NCBI GenBank assembly: GCA_964016885.1
Contig: OZ024742.1
Location: 51,150,001 to 51,214,000 of the forward strand
From: Eledone cirrhosa
Taxonomy: Eukaryota
Length of the DNA stretch: 64,000 bases
Reading direction: 5' to 3'
Within the stretch, counting starts at the first letter, position 1. Every line of letters begins with the position of its first letter. Positions 37,092 through 50,262 of the stretch are shown here, in pieces. A program made the position numbers and the translations under genes. Below the pieces are notes generated by a model. That model searched no databases, was not told where the DNA came from, and was given only the letters and a program-made list of their open reading frames with translations.

Positions 37092-37969
37092 ACACACTAA
37101 TGCATTTTAATCAAATATGGCTAAATTTCAAATTTTGAAAGAGTTACATCTCCCTTCTCCCACCACCACATTTACGTCCACTCCCTACCACCACCACATT
37201 TACATTCACACAAGTGAAACCCCAACCTAATTTTAGACTAAAGTCAATGACCTTGCAACCTGCTACCAAACTCCCTTCTTGCCGTGTTGAATGTGTGTAG
37301 GTATATACGTCCGTATGTTTTGTGAAGGTACGTATACATTCTTGTACGTATATTTGTTTGTTTATGTTATGGCGTTTAATTGTTTTTAATATATTCTGGT
37401 ACATATGGTTTGGTTATGTGTATACGAGAGTTTTGCGTCTGTGTGAGTATGCAGGTTCGTACGTATGTAGGGTGTGTGTATATGTGTACTTCATGTTTTG
37501 GTTGACTTACGTCTCCGAACATTCGTGTATTTACATGTAGGTATGTGTGTGCGCTTGATATATACGTATTTATTTATTTATATACGTTTATATAATTATT
37601 TATTTATTTGTATACACGCATACACACACACATATTTACATGTGCGTGGTTTTGTATACCTATGGTAAGGTTTTGCGTACGCTTGTGTATGTACGTATTT
37701 GTTTGCGTGTATGTATTTATTTATTTCTATTACTTCTGTATTGTATTTATTTACTTTGTTCTTAACTCTGTAGCGGAGATTCATTCGGTCTCCTAGTTAG
37801 AATTTTAGTCTACGACTTCTGCTATACCATTTACGTGGTTTAGTCTTTGCGTGCTATTGTTCTCCACGCTCTACATATGATGTATTATCTTCGTTTTTCG
37901 TTCAATGCCAGAGAACGTCTCTATGAACCATCTAAGAGAACATTAGTCTACGATCTCTTTTATACCATA

Positions 37970-38212
37970 AACGTGGTTCTGTCTTTGCGCGTAATTGTTT
38001 TTCACCGCTCCTATTAATGACGTATTATATTCGTTTTTTCCTGTTCTTTGCCAGCGAACGTTACCACGAACCAAAGTATCGTCTTCCTGTCTTCCTCCGG
38101 TTGCAACGTTTTTTGAAATATCCAATTCTGCGTTTACAGATTGACTTTGTTAGTTTCATAAGATCCCGTTAAGGGTGAAAGCAGCGATTATTTGCTTAAA
38201 CTTTAATCTGTT
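37970..38212. repeat. Unclassified dispersed repeat; second copy at ~39290-39521
   Basis: Shared CACGAACCAAA.TATCGTCTTCCTG..CGGTTGCAACGTTT..AAGATCCCGTTAA..TTGCTTAAACTTTAATCTGTT. Confidence 0.75.
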
Positions 38213-38222
38213 ATTTTAATAA

Positions 38223-38423
<201 letters not shown>

Positions 38424-38602
38424 AAGAAAGCATCAACCACCTAAGCCAAAAAGCAAATCAAGCTAAACAGGTAAGAAAAAAATAAATGATCAAAAAACAC
38501 AGTCCTGGACCCATTGGAATTGATGTTAAAATCAAAATGCAGGGTTTCTATGACACCTAAATCAAAATACTGTCTGCTTAAAATTATAAGCTTTATGGAT
38601 AA

Positions 38603-39030
38603 CTAGCAGAGGTATCCGGCATTGCTCGGGTATTAAATAGCAGTTATGTATGCCATTTATGTCAATACTTCAGTGCTGCTTCGAAAATTATACTTTTACA
38701 AAATCATCGGCTTTTTCATAAAGGGGGTTCCTGCCCCCAGGGGTTCGGTCCCCTACTCAATATGTGCCAATTCACATTTATCTGTAGAACAAACGTAGCC
38801 CATGTGTCAAGTTTTGTGAAAATCGGTTGCGAACAACAGAAGTTATGACGTTTTGTTGCATTGCACTGCAGTGCTGCAGTCGACTCCAAGTAAGCGGTTG
38901 AAGGGTGTTATCTGCCGGGAGGCCCTATAATCAATATCTGGAAAAATAAAAGTTACCATGACCATCCGGAGTACATAAGTAACCTATGTCTTAAGTTTAG
39001 TGAAAATACTGTAGAAATGCATATGGCTTA
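38603..39030 (-). mobile_element. Non-autonomous Helitron-like 3' end
   Basis: Minus strand ends CCCGAGCAATGCCGG (imperfect hairpin), ATACCTCTG, CTAG, then a flanking T. Inner boundary uncertain. Confidence 0.55.
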
Positions 39031-39567
39031 AACACATGTGTGTGTATGTGTGTGTGTTTGTGTGCGTGTATGTATCTGTGTGTGCGTATGTATATGTATG
39101 TGTATGTCCGTCGGCGCATACGTATGTACTGGTCTAAATTTTCACTATTTACTTTTATTATTTTAATAACCTCTGTCATTTTCGTTTTCTAATTTATTTA
39201 CATCATTCTTATACTTCGGGACTGGAAATCATTCGGTTATTTTACATATAATATTAATCTAACGACTCCATTTATACTATAAACTTGGTCTTGTCTTTGC
39301 ATGAACTTGTTCTTCTCAGTCCACATAACGACGTATTATCCTCGCTTTTTTCCGTTTATTGCCAGGGAACATCTTCACGAACCAAAATATCGTCTTCCTG
39401 TTTTCCTTCGGTTGCAACGTTTCTTGAAATATTTACTTCTGCGTTCACAGATTAAATTATTTAGTTTCAGAAGATCCCGTTAATGTTGAAAACTCCGACT
39501 TTGCTTAAACTTTAATCTGTTCTTATAGCAAACATAAATAAATATATATATATAGGGGGAGGGAGAG

Positions 39568-39583
39568 TGATAGATAGATATAT

Positions 39584-39672
<89 letters not shown>
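39568..39672. repeat. (GATA)/(GA)n microsatellite
   Basis: Directly visible. Confidence 0.95.
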
Positions 39673-39676
<4 letters not shown>

Positions 39677-39929
39677 TTGTAGGGTTTTTGGAGGAAGCAG
39701 TACGTTGTTCGGTATTATTGCGAAAAGGTGTAGCAGAGAATCCCTCGTGAATTAACAGCTCGGGAGGAAAATGCTTATCTCGATCATTTATTCGCCATCG
39801 TTCTTGTCAACGCTCGGTTTTGGGGTATTTGTTGCTCTACAGTTAGATGAATGACGCACAAAGGGTTAATGTTTATTGGCAAGAAGTTTTTTGAATAATA
39901 AAAGACGGGTTAAAGCAACCTACAATGTA

Positions 39930-39998
<69 letters not shown>

Positions 39999-40000
39999 GA

Positions 40001-40391
40001 TATTAAACAAATGGAAACTACATTTATAAAACCATATTTATTTCATTATATATATTTCAGGGATATCATATTAAAAATATGGTATGCCCTCTTCAGACAA
40101 AATACAATATATAGACAGTTTTATAAATAAATTTGACATACCTTAGAATTTACAACTTCCATTTAAAAAGTTGTTACGGACTACCGTAACAACTTTTTAA
40201 ATGGAAGTTTTTTTAAAGGGACTTTTTAAATGGAAGTTGTAAATTCTAAGGTATGTCAAATTTATTTATAAAACTGTCTATATATTGTATTTTGTCTGAA
40301 GAGGGCATACCATATTTTTAATATGATATCCCTGAAATATATATAATGAAATAAATATGGTTTTATAAATGTAGTTTCCATTTGTTTAATA
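40001..40391. repeat. Inverted repeat with 171-bp arms (40001-40171 / 40221-40391)
   Basis: Arms read as exact reverse complements. Confidence 0.93.
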
Positions 40392-40482
40392 CCGTAAAAT
40401 ACTCCAAAACCAGTTGAGTGCTTTATATCAGTTATAAAATACTTACTCGTTGTAACCCAACAATTTTAAATAAAACTTTTGC

Positions 40483-40577
<95 letters not shown>

Positions 40578-40588
40578 CGTATGTCTGC

Positions 40589-40674
<86 letters not shown>

Positions 40675-40813
40675 ATGTATGTATGTATGTATGTATGTAT
40701 ATATATATATACATATAAATATATGTATGAGTGTGTGTATATATACATATATTTTTATGTGTATATTTATGTATGTGTACATGTGTATATCTGTATATTT
40801 GAATATGTGTTTG

Positions 40814-40896
<83 letters not shown>

Positions 40897-41016
40897 ATAT
40901 ATGTATATATGTATATATGTATATATATATAAGTATGTATATATAAGTATATATGTATATATATATGTCCGTGTGCGTGTACGCGTGCGTTTGTGTGTGT
41001 GTGCGTGTCTGTGTGT
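40483..41016. repeat. Compound (TA)/(TG)/(TATG) microsatellite
   Basis: Directly visible. Confidence 0.95.
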
Positions 41017-41029
41017 GAATGTAGCGAAG

Positions 41030-41269
41030 ATAATATGTCAGCAATGACGTTATTCAGACAGCTGGGCATACAGACAGATATTATCAGTGCGCGACGGAGA
41101 TGGATAACCGGCGCCTTTAACAATAGAAAATTGAAAAAAGGAGTTATTATCTTTAGACCGCAAGGAAAATATAAATGCAAGTTGGAAGTCAATCGGAGTA
41201 GAAATATGGATTTGTATAGACTTTGCAAAAATGAGGACACACAGACAACATCAGTTTTATATATATAGA
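41030..41269 (-). mobile_element. Helitron-like 5' end
   Basis: Minus strand reads A|TCTATATATATAAAACTGATGTTGTCTGTGTG, i.e. a TC start after A. It may or may not pair with the 3' end at 38603. Confidence 0.45.
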
Positions 41270-41718
41270 TGATCGAACAAGGAATATCACGTTATCAACA
41301 GGTATTTTGCTCTATACCGAATTTGTGAATGACACAGAGCTGCGTAAAAGCACATGTGGAATTCACAAGGGGAAAACCCCCAGATTTTGGCAACTGAATT
41401 CAGTATGTGGGTACCATGCAAAAAATTGCATAAATAGATCGAATCGAATAAGCACACAAGCAGGTAGTTTTTAAAATAAACTCATACAATTAACCTGTCA
41501 ATAAAATTATTAACAGGTTAATTGTAAGACTCGGGATATTAATACAAATATAAATTCAGCGAGAATCGCATTTCGGCGCGGGTAGAAAAAACGAAACGAA
41601 ACGCAAACATCAGAAATATGCTGGCAAGCGCTCTATAGTTAAAAAACCATATATATATATATACTGGAAGGTAATATCCGTAGTGGTAGAACACTCAGTC
41701 CATGGGACGAGTTAGATA

Positions 41719-42190
41719 GAAGTGGTTACACAACAGATAGTTCACCCTACCGAGGATCCGCTAAGGTGAAACAATTGTTCTCGGTATGCTGAACTAACTG
41801 TTGTGTAACCACTTCCTTTTCCCCTTCTTACCTCCTCCCGTTCGCTACGAAAACGATTTTCCTTCTTTCTAACATCGGATTCACTAGCGGAAGGTCTGTG
41901 TCTTACTCGCACATGTATTCACACAGCTTATACTGACAGAATAACCATGTTGCTTGTGTTTCTTTCTATCTTCGGTTAGCTTTCCCCTGTGTTGTTTACT
42001 TGTCTCACTCGCTTTACGTGTTTTAATTGTCCTAATAACTTACTTTAGTTATTCTCGCACCAACGTGAGGTATATGATTTTTAATGCGATGAAATACCAA
42101 TGATCGTTGGCAAATCACTGATGAGGGACTCATTTTATAACATGTATTCCATGTGCAACCATGCAGTATTCTTCTCCCCATATTTTTCAC
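41719..42190 (+). mobile_element. TA-associated non-coding repeat, possibly Penelope-derived; inverted homologue at 61908-62510
   Basis: About 41820-42190 aligns with the reverse complement of ~61910-62285. Contains CTGATGA and starts with a ~38-bp-arm hairpin. Confidence 0.55.
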
Positions 42191-42299
42191 ATATATATAT
42201 ATATATAGATATATATATGTGTGTGCGTGTCTGTGTGTGTGTGTGTGTGTGTGCGTGCGTATGTATGTATATTTGAATATATATTTATATATGTGTATG

Positions 42300-45200
42300 A
42301 AACTCACACAAAAGCCACAACAATAGAAAAACTACTCTCATGCCATTTACACATCACACTCAGCAACACGAAAAGTATAAAATTTACGAAATAGAACGTA
42401 ACGTTGCAGAAGCAACTCCCATAAGCTACACTGCCACCCCCGCCCCCACTACCACTCGCACCCCCCCCCCCCCCCCAACCACCACCACCACCACCACCCA
42501 CCCACCTCCAACATCAATCCGCCCCACTACCACCACCGACGACACCACTCATACCACAGGAACAGTTGAGAAAATTCTCTTACACCACTTACAGCTGCAA
42601 CCATAACAACATCACCCCAATCAAGAACTTCAATGGCCATAACTATACAGTTGTTATAATTCTAATAATGATTTCTCTGATGGCCAACCAATGCTCTACC
42701 CACAGAGCTGGACAACATTCCTTGGACTTCCAATTCCATGCGAAACGCAAGTATGTATTGCGGGAAGAACAAATAAAAATGAATACAGAAAACCAAATCG
42801 CTCGTCCTATGGTTAATCAGGAAGTGCGTCCCTCAGAAAGGTGCCAGTCTGAGGTAGAAAAGTCTTCCTCTGGCACAAACTCTGCCCCGATGGTAACTTG
42901 AACAGGATTGCCCCAACTCGAACCCACCATTCCCCCCGCCCAAGCCACCCCCAAAAGGAAAATTTAAAAGAATGAAATGGACCCGAGAAGAGCATAAAGA
43001 AGTAATATACACATATTACTGTGCATCAAGTAATCCATCACAAGACAGACAAACAACAAACTCTTACAAAATTTGGAAAGTCGAAATGAAGCTAGCAGAC
43101 GTTATCTAGATGAAAATAAGTTAACAAATGTTAGAGGGATATCTTCAGAAATAATAGACTCCCAGATACTGAAATAACTGCGATCAGACATGCAGTGGAG
43201 AATGACATATATATATGTCATGAAAGAACTGAAGAATCTCCTGGAGATAGTAACCAGTCACCATCTAATCAAATCTCAAGTAGGTTTGCATAAATGAGAA
43301 GTCCTATTCAACATGCTAAAAATAGCCAGGAATGGGGCATAGAAACAATACTAGAAGACCAAAATGTTGATGTTGAACACAGAGAGTCTAGGAAGGAATT
43401 GAAACAGAAAATGCTGAGTGAGCTTGCAGTTGTAAGACATACTAGTATAAATGATAGAGAACCACTTCAAAAACTGCGAAATACAATCCAAAAGAAAAAT
43501 AGAAGTAATTGTTTCTACTTTTGGTAGCAATTACCCCAGTGCATTACTGGTACTTTATTTTATCGACCCCGTAAGTGTGAAAGGCAAAAATTAACCTCGG
43601 CGGCATTTGAACTCAGATCCTGAAGAGAGGTAACTCTATGATTCAAAGCATGACGTCCGACCCTCTACCGATACTGCCAATCCACCGGTTGGTAACTCTG
43701 TAACAAAAGAAATCATAGAAGAATTAGAAGCTGATCTTACTGAGTTAAATTAAATAATTTATGCATCTGCTAGAGTAATTGAAACAAGTTGTTTACCACC
43801 ATAAAACAAAGAAAGTCTATCTAGAGAAGGAAACCAGTTTGGATGAGTAGAATTGAATGAAAAGGGAAAATATATTTTCTGAATGAGCTAATCACTGGAA
43901 ATGGTGTCAGATAGAGGAAGGGAAGAAAGCTAAAAAGAAGAAATATGGACTTTCCTCTAGAGAATTACTAATATCAACAAAAGAAATTCCGAAACAAAAA
44001 GTCCAAGTAATAGTCCAACGAATTCGTAGTTTCGAGAAGCGAAATAAATTCTACAGGCAAAGTAAATTGTTCTTATCCAATGCCAATTCATTTTATAGAG
44101 AATAGGGAAGAAAAGAATAACTATTGAAGACCCTCCATAGAAGTTAAAACTTACGGAGAAAATTTGGAGAGATGAGAACTCACATAATGCTAATTGGATT
44201 GGTCGCATGGAAAAATCCTACGCAAATTTACAAGAACGGGTATGGGAAGACATCCCTGTAGCAGACTTAAGAGCAGTACTCAATAAAGCTCATAAGTGGA
44301 AATCTCTTGGTAGTGGCAGGGTGCCAAATGTCTTGCTTTCCTCACTCCCGTGCACTCACAATATGTTAATCAAGCTGTTCAACGGAATTATGAAAGATCC
44401 AAAAATTACACCTGACTGGATATTAAGTAGCATACTTTCCTTCTCCCAAAGAACAATAAAACTAAGGATAGGAGAAAACTATCTGCCCATAAACTGCTTG
44501 TCCACCACTTATAAGCCATTAACCTCTATTCTCGTGGAGAAAGCATACGTGTTTTTGGAGAACAAGCTTTTCCATATTGAACAACAAGCTTTCCAACGAG
44601 GTTTATATGGTTGTAAAGATCAACTCTTGATTAATCGTATGATCTTTAAGAACTGTCATAATAAACACAGAAATCTCAGTTCTGCATGGATCGACTACAA
44701 AAAAAGCTTTTGACATCATACCACACTCATGGATTCTGAAATCACTGTACATCTTTAAAATCGCACCTGTGATTTCAATCTTCCTGAAACACAATATGTT
44801 ACTGTGGAACACAAATTTCCAATTATTTCATTCCAATGGAGTACTAAGTTCTAAGAATATAAGTATCAACTGAGGTGTTTTCCAAGGAGAATCACCTTCA
44901 ACCTTACTTTTTTGCATAGCTTTAATCCCTCTTAAATCCGAACTTAATAAAACAGAGTACGGTTACAAAATAGACAAAAAAATAAGCCACCTATTTTAAA
45001 GCCATATTACAAAGACAATAACGATATGGAAGGCCTTTTGCGGACAGTAAAAAACAGTTAATGACATCAGATGGAGTTTGGACTTGATAAGTGTGACAAA
45101 GCCACTTTCAACAAGAGGAAGCTTATCAACTCATACTCAGTTGAATTACATGCTGAAACAGTCATAAAGGAACTTGAGCAGGAAAACTTATAAATACTTA

Positions 45201-46735
45201 GGGATTAATGACGGCTCTGGCGTTCAGCATGCAAGTATGAAAGAGAGGATAAGAAGGGAATGTTACAAGAGAGTACGCGCAGTTCTGAAATCAGAACTAA
45301 ATGATCATAACAAGGTGTTATCCATATATTCCTTGGCAATTCCAGTTCTCACTTATAGCTTTGGTGTTATGAACTGGAATATTAGTGAAATTAAATGAAT
45401 CGACACGAAACTCCGTAGGTTACTGTCTTTTAATAGGTGGTACAACCCGAAAGCAGATGTGGATCGTCTATACCTTCCTAGAACTCAAGAAGGCCGTGAC
45501 CTGATCCAGTTTGAACTTACCTACAAGACCACCAATATTGGACTGGCGAAATACATTGAAACAACAAACGACTGTATGCTGAAACTAGTTGAAAAACATG
45601 AGAGAATAAGCTTCATTCTATCTTGAAGAAGAGCAAAAAATATACTACTGATCTCATGCTTTATCCCTAAATTGGACAGACTGAGAAAGCTGTTGCAATT
45701 GATGCTGTTAAGCACATAAAATTGATGGCAAAAGCAAAAGAGCAAGACCAATTAGTATCAAAGGGGGAGCAGAAACCTATGGATGGCAAATATGTGGCCT
45801 GTGGCAAGCAAGCGGATGTTGACCAAAGACACATCCATCAGTGGCTACGTATCTCAGGGCTAAAAACAGAAAGCGAAGGCTTCATCTTAGCTGCCCAAGA
45901 TCAAAGCTTACTGACAGGGAATTACCAGTCAATGTGATGAGAAATGGAGTAAATCCAAAGTGCCAATTCTGAAATGTTGAGGTTGAAACAGTGGACCACC
46001 TAGTTTCTGGATGTAAGGTTTTAGCCACAGTAGAGTACAAATATAGACATGACAGAGTTAGTCATTATCTACACTGGGTAATATGTCGGCATTATAAAAT
46101 CGAAGCTGCTGACAAGTGGTAAATCATCACCCTGAGGCTGTAACTGAAGCAGAAAATGTAACAATTATTTGGGACTTTCGTGTACATACTGACTGGACCA
46201 TGAACGCTAATAGACCAGATATCATTGTAAAAGACTAATATAGCAAGGTCTGTTTACTGATTAATATGAGCATCCCATGTGATCTCAATATCGCGGCAAA
46301 AGAGTTCGACCCGCAAAAAAATATAAAGATCAGCATATTGAAATCGAAAAAATGTGGCACCTCAAAGCCGTTCGATACCAGTGTTTGTGGGAGCACTGGG
46401 AATGATCAAGAAAGGAACAGAACAGTATTTGCGAATGTTTCCTGGTTTACCCTCTTTGCAAGAGGTGTACAAAATTGTTTTGCCTGGTACTGTGCACGTA
46501 TTGAGAAGGGCACTATCGCTTTCAGAATGGTATCCGCCCTTGTGTGGATGTGTGTGTGTGTGTGAGTAGAGCACTATCTCTGTAAGAATGATATCCCTCT
46601 CTAAGCTGTAAATTATATTCAATGTGGGGTGTTGACTGGCTTACGAATGTATACAGTGGATTTATTTACTCTAGGTGTCAGGAAGACACTCGCCATATAT
46701 CAGAAACAATACTGAAGGTAAAGGAAAAACAATAA
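42300..46735 (+). mobile_element. Old near-full-length R4/Dong-type element, third family (D), heavily decayed
   Basis: Relics include MKWTREEHKEV, GCKDQLLINRMI, WIDYKK, FQGESPSPLLF, YKYLGI, LKTESEGFILAAQDQ, RHD, RPDI. The YMDD/FMDD motif appears deleted near 44997. TAA-like tail; 5' boundary uncertain. Confidence 0.82.
43510..43687 (-). mobile_element. tRNA-derived SINE inserted in element D
   Basis: Same family as 52036-52222. Confidence 0.85.
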
Positions 46736-46754
46736 CAATAATAATAATAATAAT

Positions 46755-46856
46755 TGTTTCTACTTTTCGCACAAAGCCAGTAATTATCCAGGTCATTACA
46801 GGTACTTTATTTTATCGACCCCGTAAGGATGAAAGGCCAAGTTACCTCGGAGGGAT
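46755..46856 (-). mobile_element. SINE 3' fragment in the TAA tail of D
   Basis: TGTTTCTACTTTT..GGTACTTTATTTTATCGACCCCGTAAGGATGAAAGGC. Confidence 0.8.
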
Positions 46857-46924
46857 GTATGCTGAAACATGTTGAAAAAATGAGAGAAGTAAGACGCTTC
46901 ATTCTATCTTGTAGGCGATAATAT

Positions 46925-47232
46925 ATCTTCCAAGAAAATAGAGAAACTCTCCAGATATAAAGATCTAGAAATAGAAATAACTCGAGTGTAGAAAATAAAA
47001 ATATAACAATACCTAAAGAAAAGATGCTCTAGGAACGATAAAAATCACAGCCAAAACCCCAGTATTTACAAATATATACAGAATACAAGGGATAGCTCTA
47101 CTATGGACTGGCACATATATTACGGAAAGAATTATCAATACACTAGAAACAACATCATCAGAAAGTACACTGCTCATACCGAAGGCGACAGAGCTGTGCT
47201 CGGTAAAGCAATAATGATCCGCAATAAAAATA
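46925..47232 (+). mobile_element. 3' fragment of another RLE-type element (E)
   Basis: EKLSRYKDLEIEITR and HILRK..SI relics followed by a degenerate TAA tail. Confidence 0.7.
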
Positions 47233-47262
47233 ATAATGGGAATAATGATAATAATAATAGTG

Positions 47263-47507
<245 letters not shown>

Positions 47508-48404
47508 CCAGTTCTTTGAGAAAACAACACCACACTTCAGCACGGAGAATATGAAAATATCAAAATAATAGAGGAAAACTGTATTCCATCATTATGTTTT
47601 TTTTTGTTTTTCTATTCAAATTCTAGCTCTCTGATGAGGTCATAGCTGCTGCCTAATGGTTATCAGCGAAATATATATATATATAACAGCCAATATGAAT
47701 AACATATATGCCACATCTTATATATGCTTAATTAGGGTTGAGGAAACGTCAATGTTGTTAGAATTTAATATTGTAAAATACTAGTGTCTAGCTTACACAC
47801 ATTTCTACTGTGACATGGTCATGCCTTACACCGATCATATATAAGCTTGTTATATATAAATATACCTTTTAAATACTATAGTACAACACATTGGGAAAAA
47901 TATCTATCTAGTATTTGTAGACTGATTATTAACATTATATTCATTTACCACATTACTCTGACTAGTTTACAGACTGCTGTATTCCATAATGTTGTATTAC
48001 TTTATTAATTACATATATATTCGTTCGTAGATGCCCGTCAAATTTAAGGAGGTACTTCTGATGTTATAGTTTTGCAAAGCTAGCTATAGAAGGTTCAATT
48101 TTATTTAGTTATTTTTTTCTTCTTTAGCACGTGCCATCAATATTCCACAAGATATGTGATCACAATCCTTCTGATCTTGACCATCCAAACCGTTTTACAC
48201 AAATAGTATATACAATATTGCACTATCTATCGCTTTATTAAATATTTTAAAACAATGATGTGTTACATTATAAGGGAGTTTAGTTATGTCCTGCAGATTC
48301 TTTGCTCACTGAGAGGTCTTTCTTTTGCTGCATATAATTTACTAGGAAGTTACATGTACGAACGTTATTTCAACGGTAATATGATATAGAAATATTTACA
48401 TGCT

Positions 48405-49005
48405 ATCAGTGCATCCTTTCGTCCTTGTTTTGCCAAATCTTCTACACCAACATGACTGATTTATGAGTTGGAAGTGTGAATGTGCATGGCCTAGGGAGGC
48501 CCTGGAAACAGGGCAAACTCTTAAACGACCTTAGGTCACACGATATAGATGTGATAGCTATCACCGAGTCCAGGATCCACAACAGGCAGCAGCTGACCCC
48601 CATCTTCGACGACTTTGAGATCTACGCATCTCTCTGTCAGCCGGGGGGTGGAGGGGGAGTAGCTGTCATGTTTCGGAAAAACCTGGACATCGAAATACAG
48701 CAAGTACATTTGGACCCGGAGGCTCAACTGGTAGTCCTAGACGTGAACAGTGTTGGAGGTGGAGCCTTCAGACTGGGCAATTGCAGCCAGACATCTTCAA
48801 GCGTCTAGAGTCTTTTCTGGGAACGTCTCGCTCCTTGCTTTTAGTGGGGGACTGGAATGGTATCCTAGATGTACGATGGGACTATGTGGGAGCATGACCC
48901 AGTAGAGGGAGGTGCAACAGTCTCAAAACTTTAATCGGCCAATTCCAACTGGCCGATAAGTATCGACTGGATTTCCCGACTGCACCACAATGGTCGTGGG
49001 CAAAT
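48405..49005 (+). pseudogene. Isolated APE-endonuclease fragment of a Tx1-family ORF2 (B4)
   Basis: From ATG 48452: MTDL*VGSVNVHGLGRPWKQGKLLNDLRS..GDWNGILD..YRLDFP, homologous to the B ORF2 N-terminus. Confidence 0.88.
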
Positions 49006-49819
49006 ACTATATGGAATACGATCATTAATGTTAATCTGTTTTCTCTAACGTATATATAAGTATTTAGCTGGGATGTGTTTTCAATATTATAGCATGTTAA
49101 TATTTTTATCACCCGTATACTTTCTACTTACTCATATATATTTATCACTTACCTTTTGTTCTTTGAAGCTTTCAGTGTATTCGCTCCAATATATAGATAT
49201 ATTCACAGCACTATCAAATCCATATCCATGGTGATACAATTCACGATAATACGGCAATCTTATTTCTAATAAGTTACACGTTATTGATCTATTATAGAGG
49301 GAATTGAAATATGATATAAATCTGTCCATGTGTGCCAGTAAGTGTACATAATATGAAATGCTTTCAACTGTGAACTACATTTAGGTTTAATAATCTGGTA
49401 TCCTTAAAGCTATTTTTTATATGTCCACCATCATATCAATTATTCATATTCTTCAACACAAACAGTTCTTCCCAAGAAACACTGTGTTTTCCCTACAGCA
49501 GAGGTGCCGATATTCAATATCAGATACACGACGTTCATATTAATCATGACAATTATGTTCAAATATGATAAAAGTATGTCGAATGCGAGATACATCAATC
49601 ACAAACATAGAGTTGCAATATTTTCAGCTCAGTTGAGATATATGAATAGCGGGCATAAACTAGGAATTATAGCATCAGTGCAAGATGATGGTCTAAATAC
49701 TATAAAGTATTATGCATACATTCATATGCACCTACGCACATACACGCATGCATACACGCACACACACATTCACACACACACGCATATATATATTTATTTA
49801 TTTATTAAAATAACAGATT

Positions 49820-50188
49820 ATCGGAGATTTAAAACCACCAAAGTGACGAACATATTAGCTACGGAATGAGTGGTGTATACAAATCAATTAAAATAATTTA
49901 TTTTAGTGTACTAACCATTCAATTATAACTCTAAAATCCGTGCATGCTCAAATTAGAGTATGTTTCGCGATATAAAGTGAAAATTACATATTGTAATCTT
50001 CACTTTATATAGGAAAACTATGTAATCTTCATTTTATATAGTGAAGCATACTCTAATTTGAACATGTCCGATTGTTATAGTTATAATTAAATGGTTAGTA
50101 CACTCTAATATATTATGTTAATTGATTTGTATTTACCAATCCTTCCATAGTTAATATGTTTGTCCCTCTGGTCGTTTTAAATCCCCTA
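49820..50188. repeat. Diverged inverted repeat with ~170-bp arms
   Basis: For example GTGTACTAACCATT/AATGGTTAGTACAC and TCAAATTAGAGTATG/CATACTCTAATTTGA. Confidence 0.85.
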
Positions 50189-50226
50189 TGATTGAATATA
50201 TATCTCTATCTGTACTTCCCTCTATA

Positions 50227-50262
<36 letters not shown>

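Noticed and set aside
47625-47692. Hammerhead candidate CTGATGAG...GAAA
   Set aside because: Stems I and II pair poorly and no clear cleavage triplet is present.
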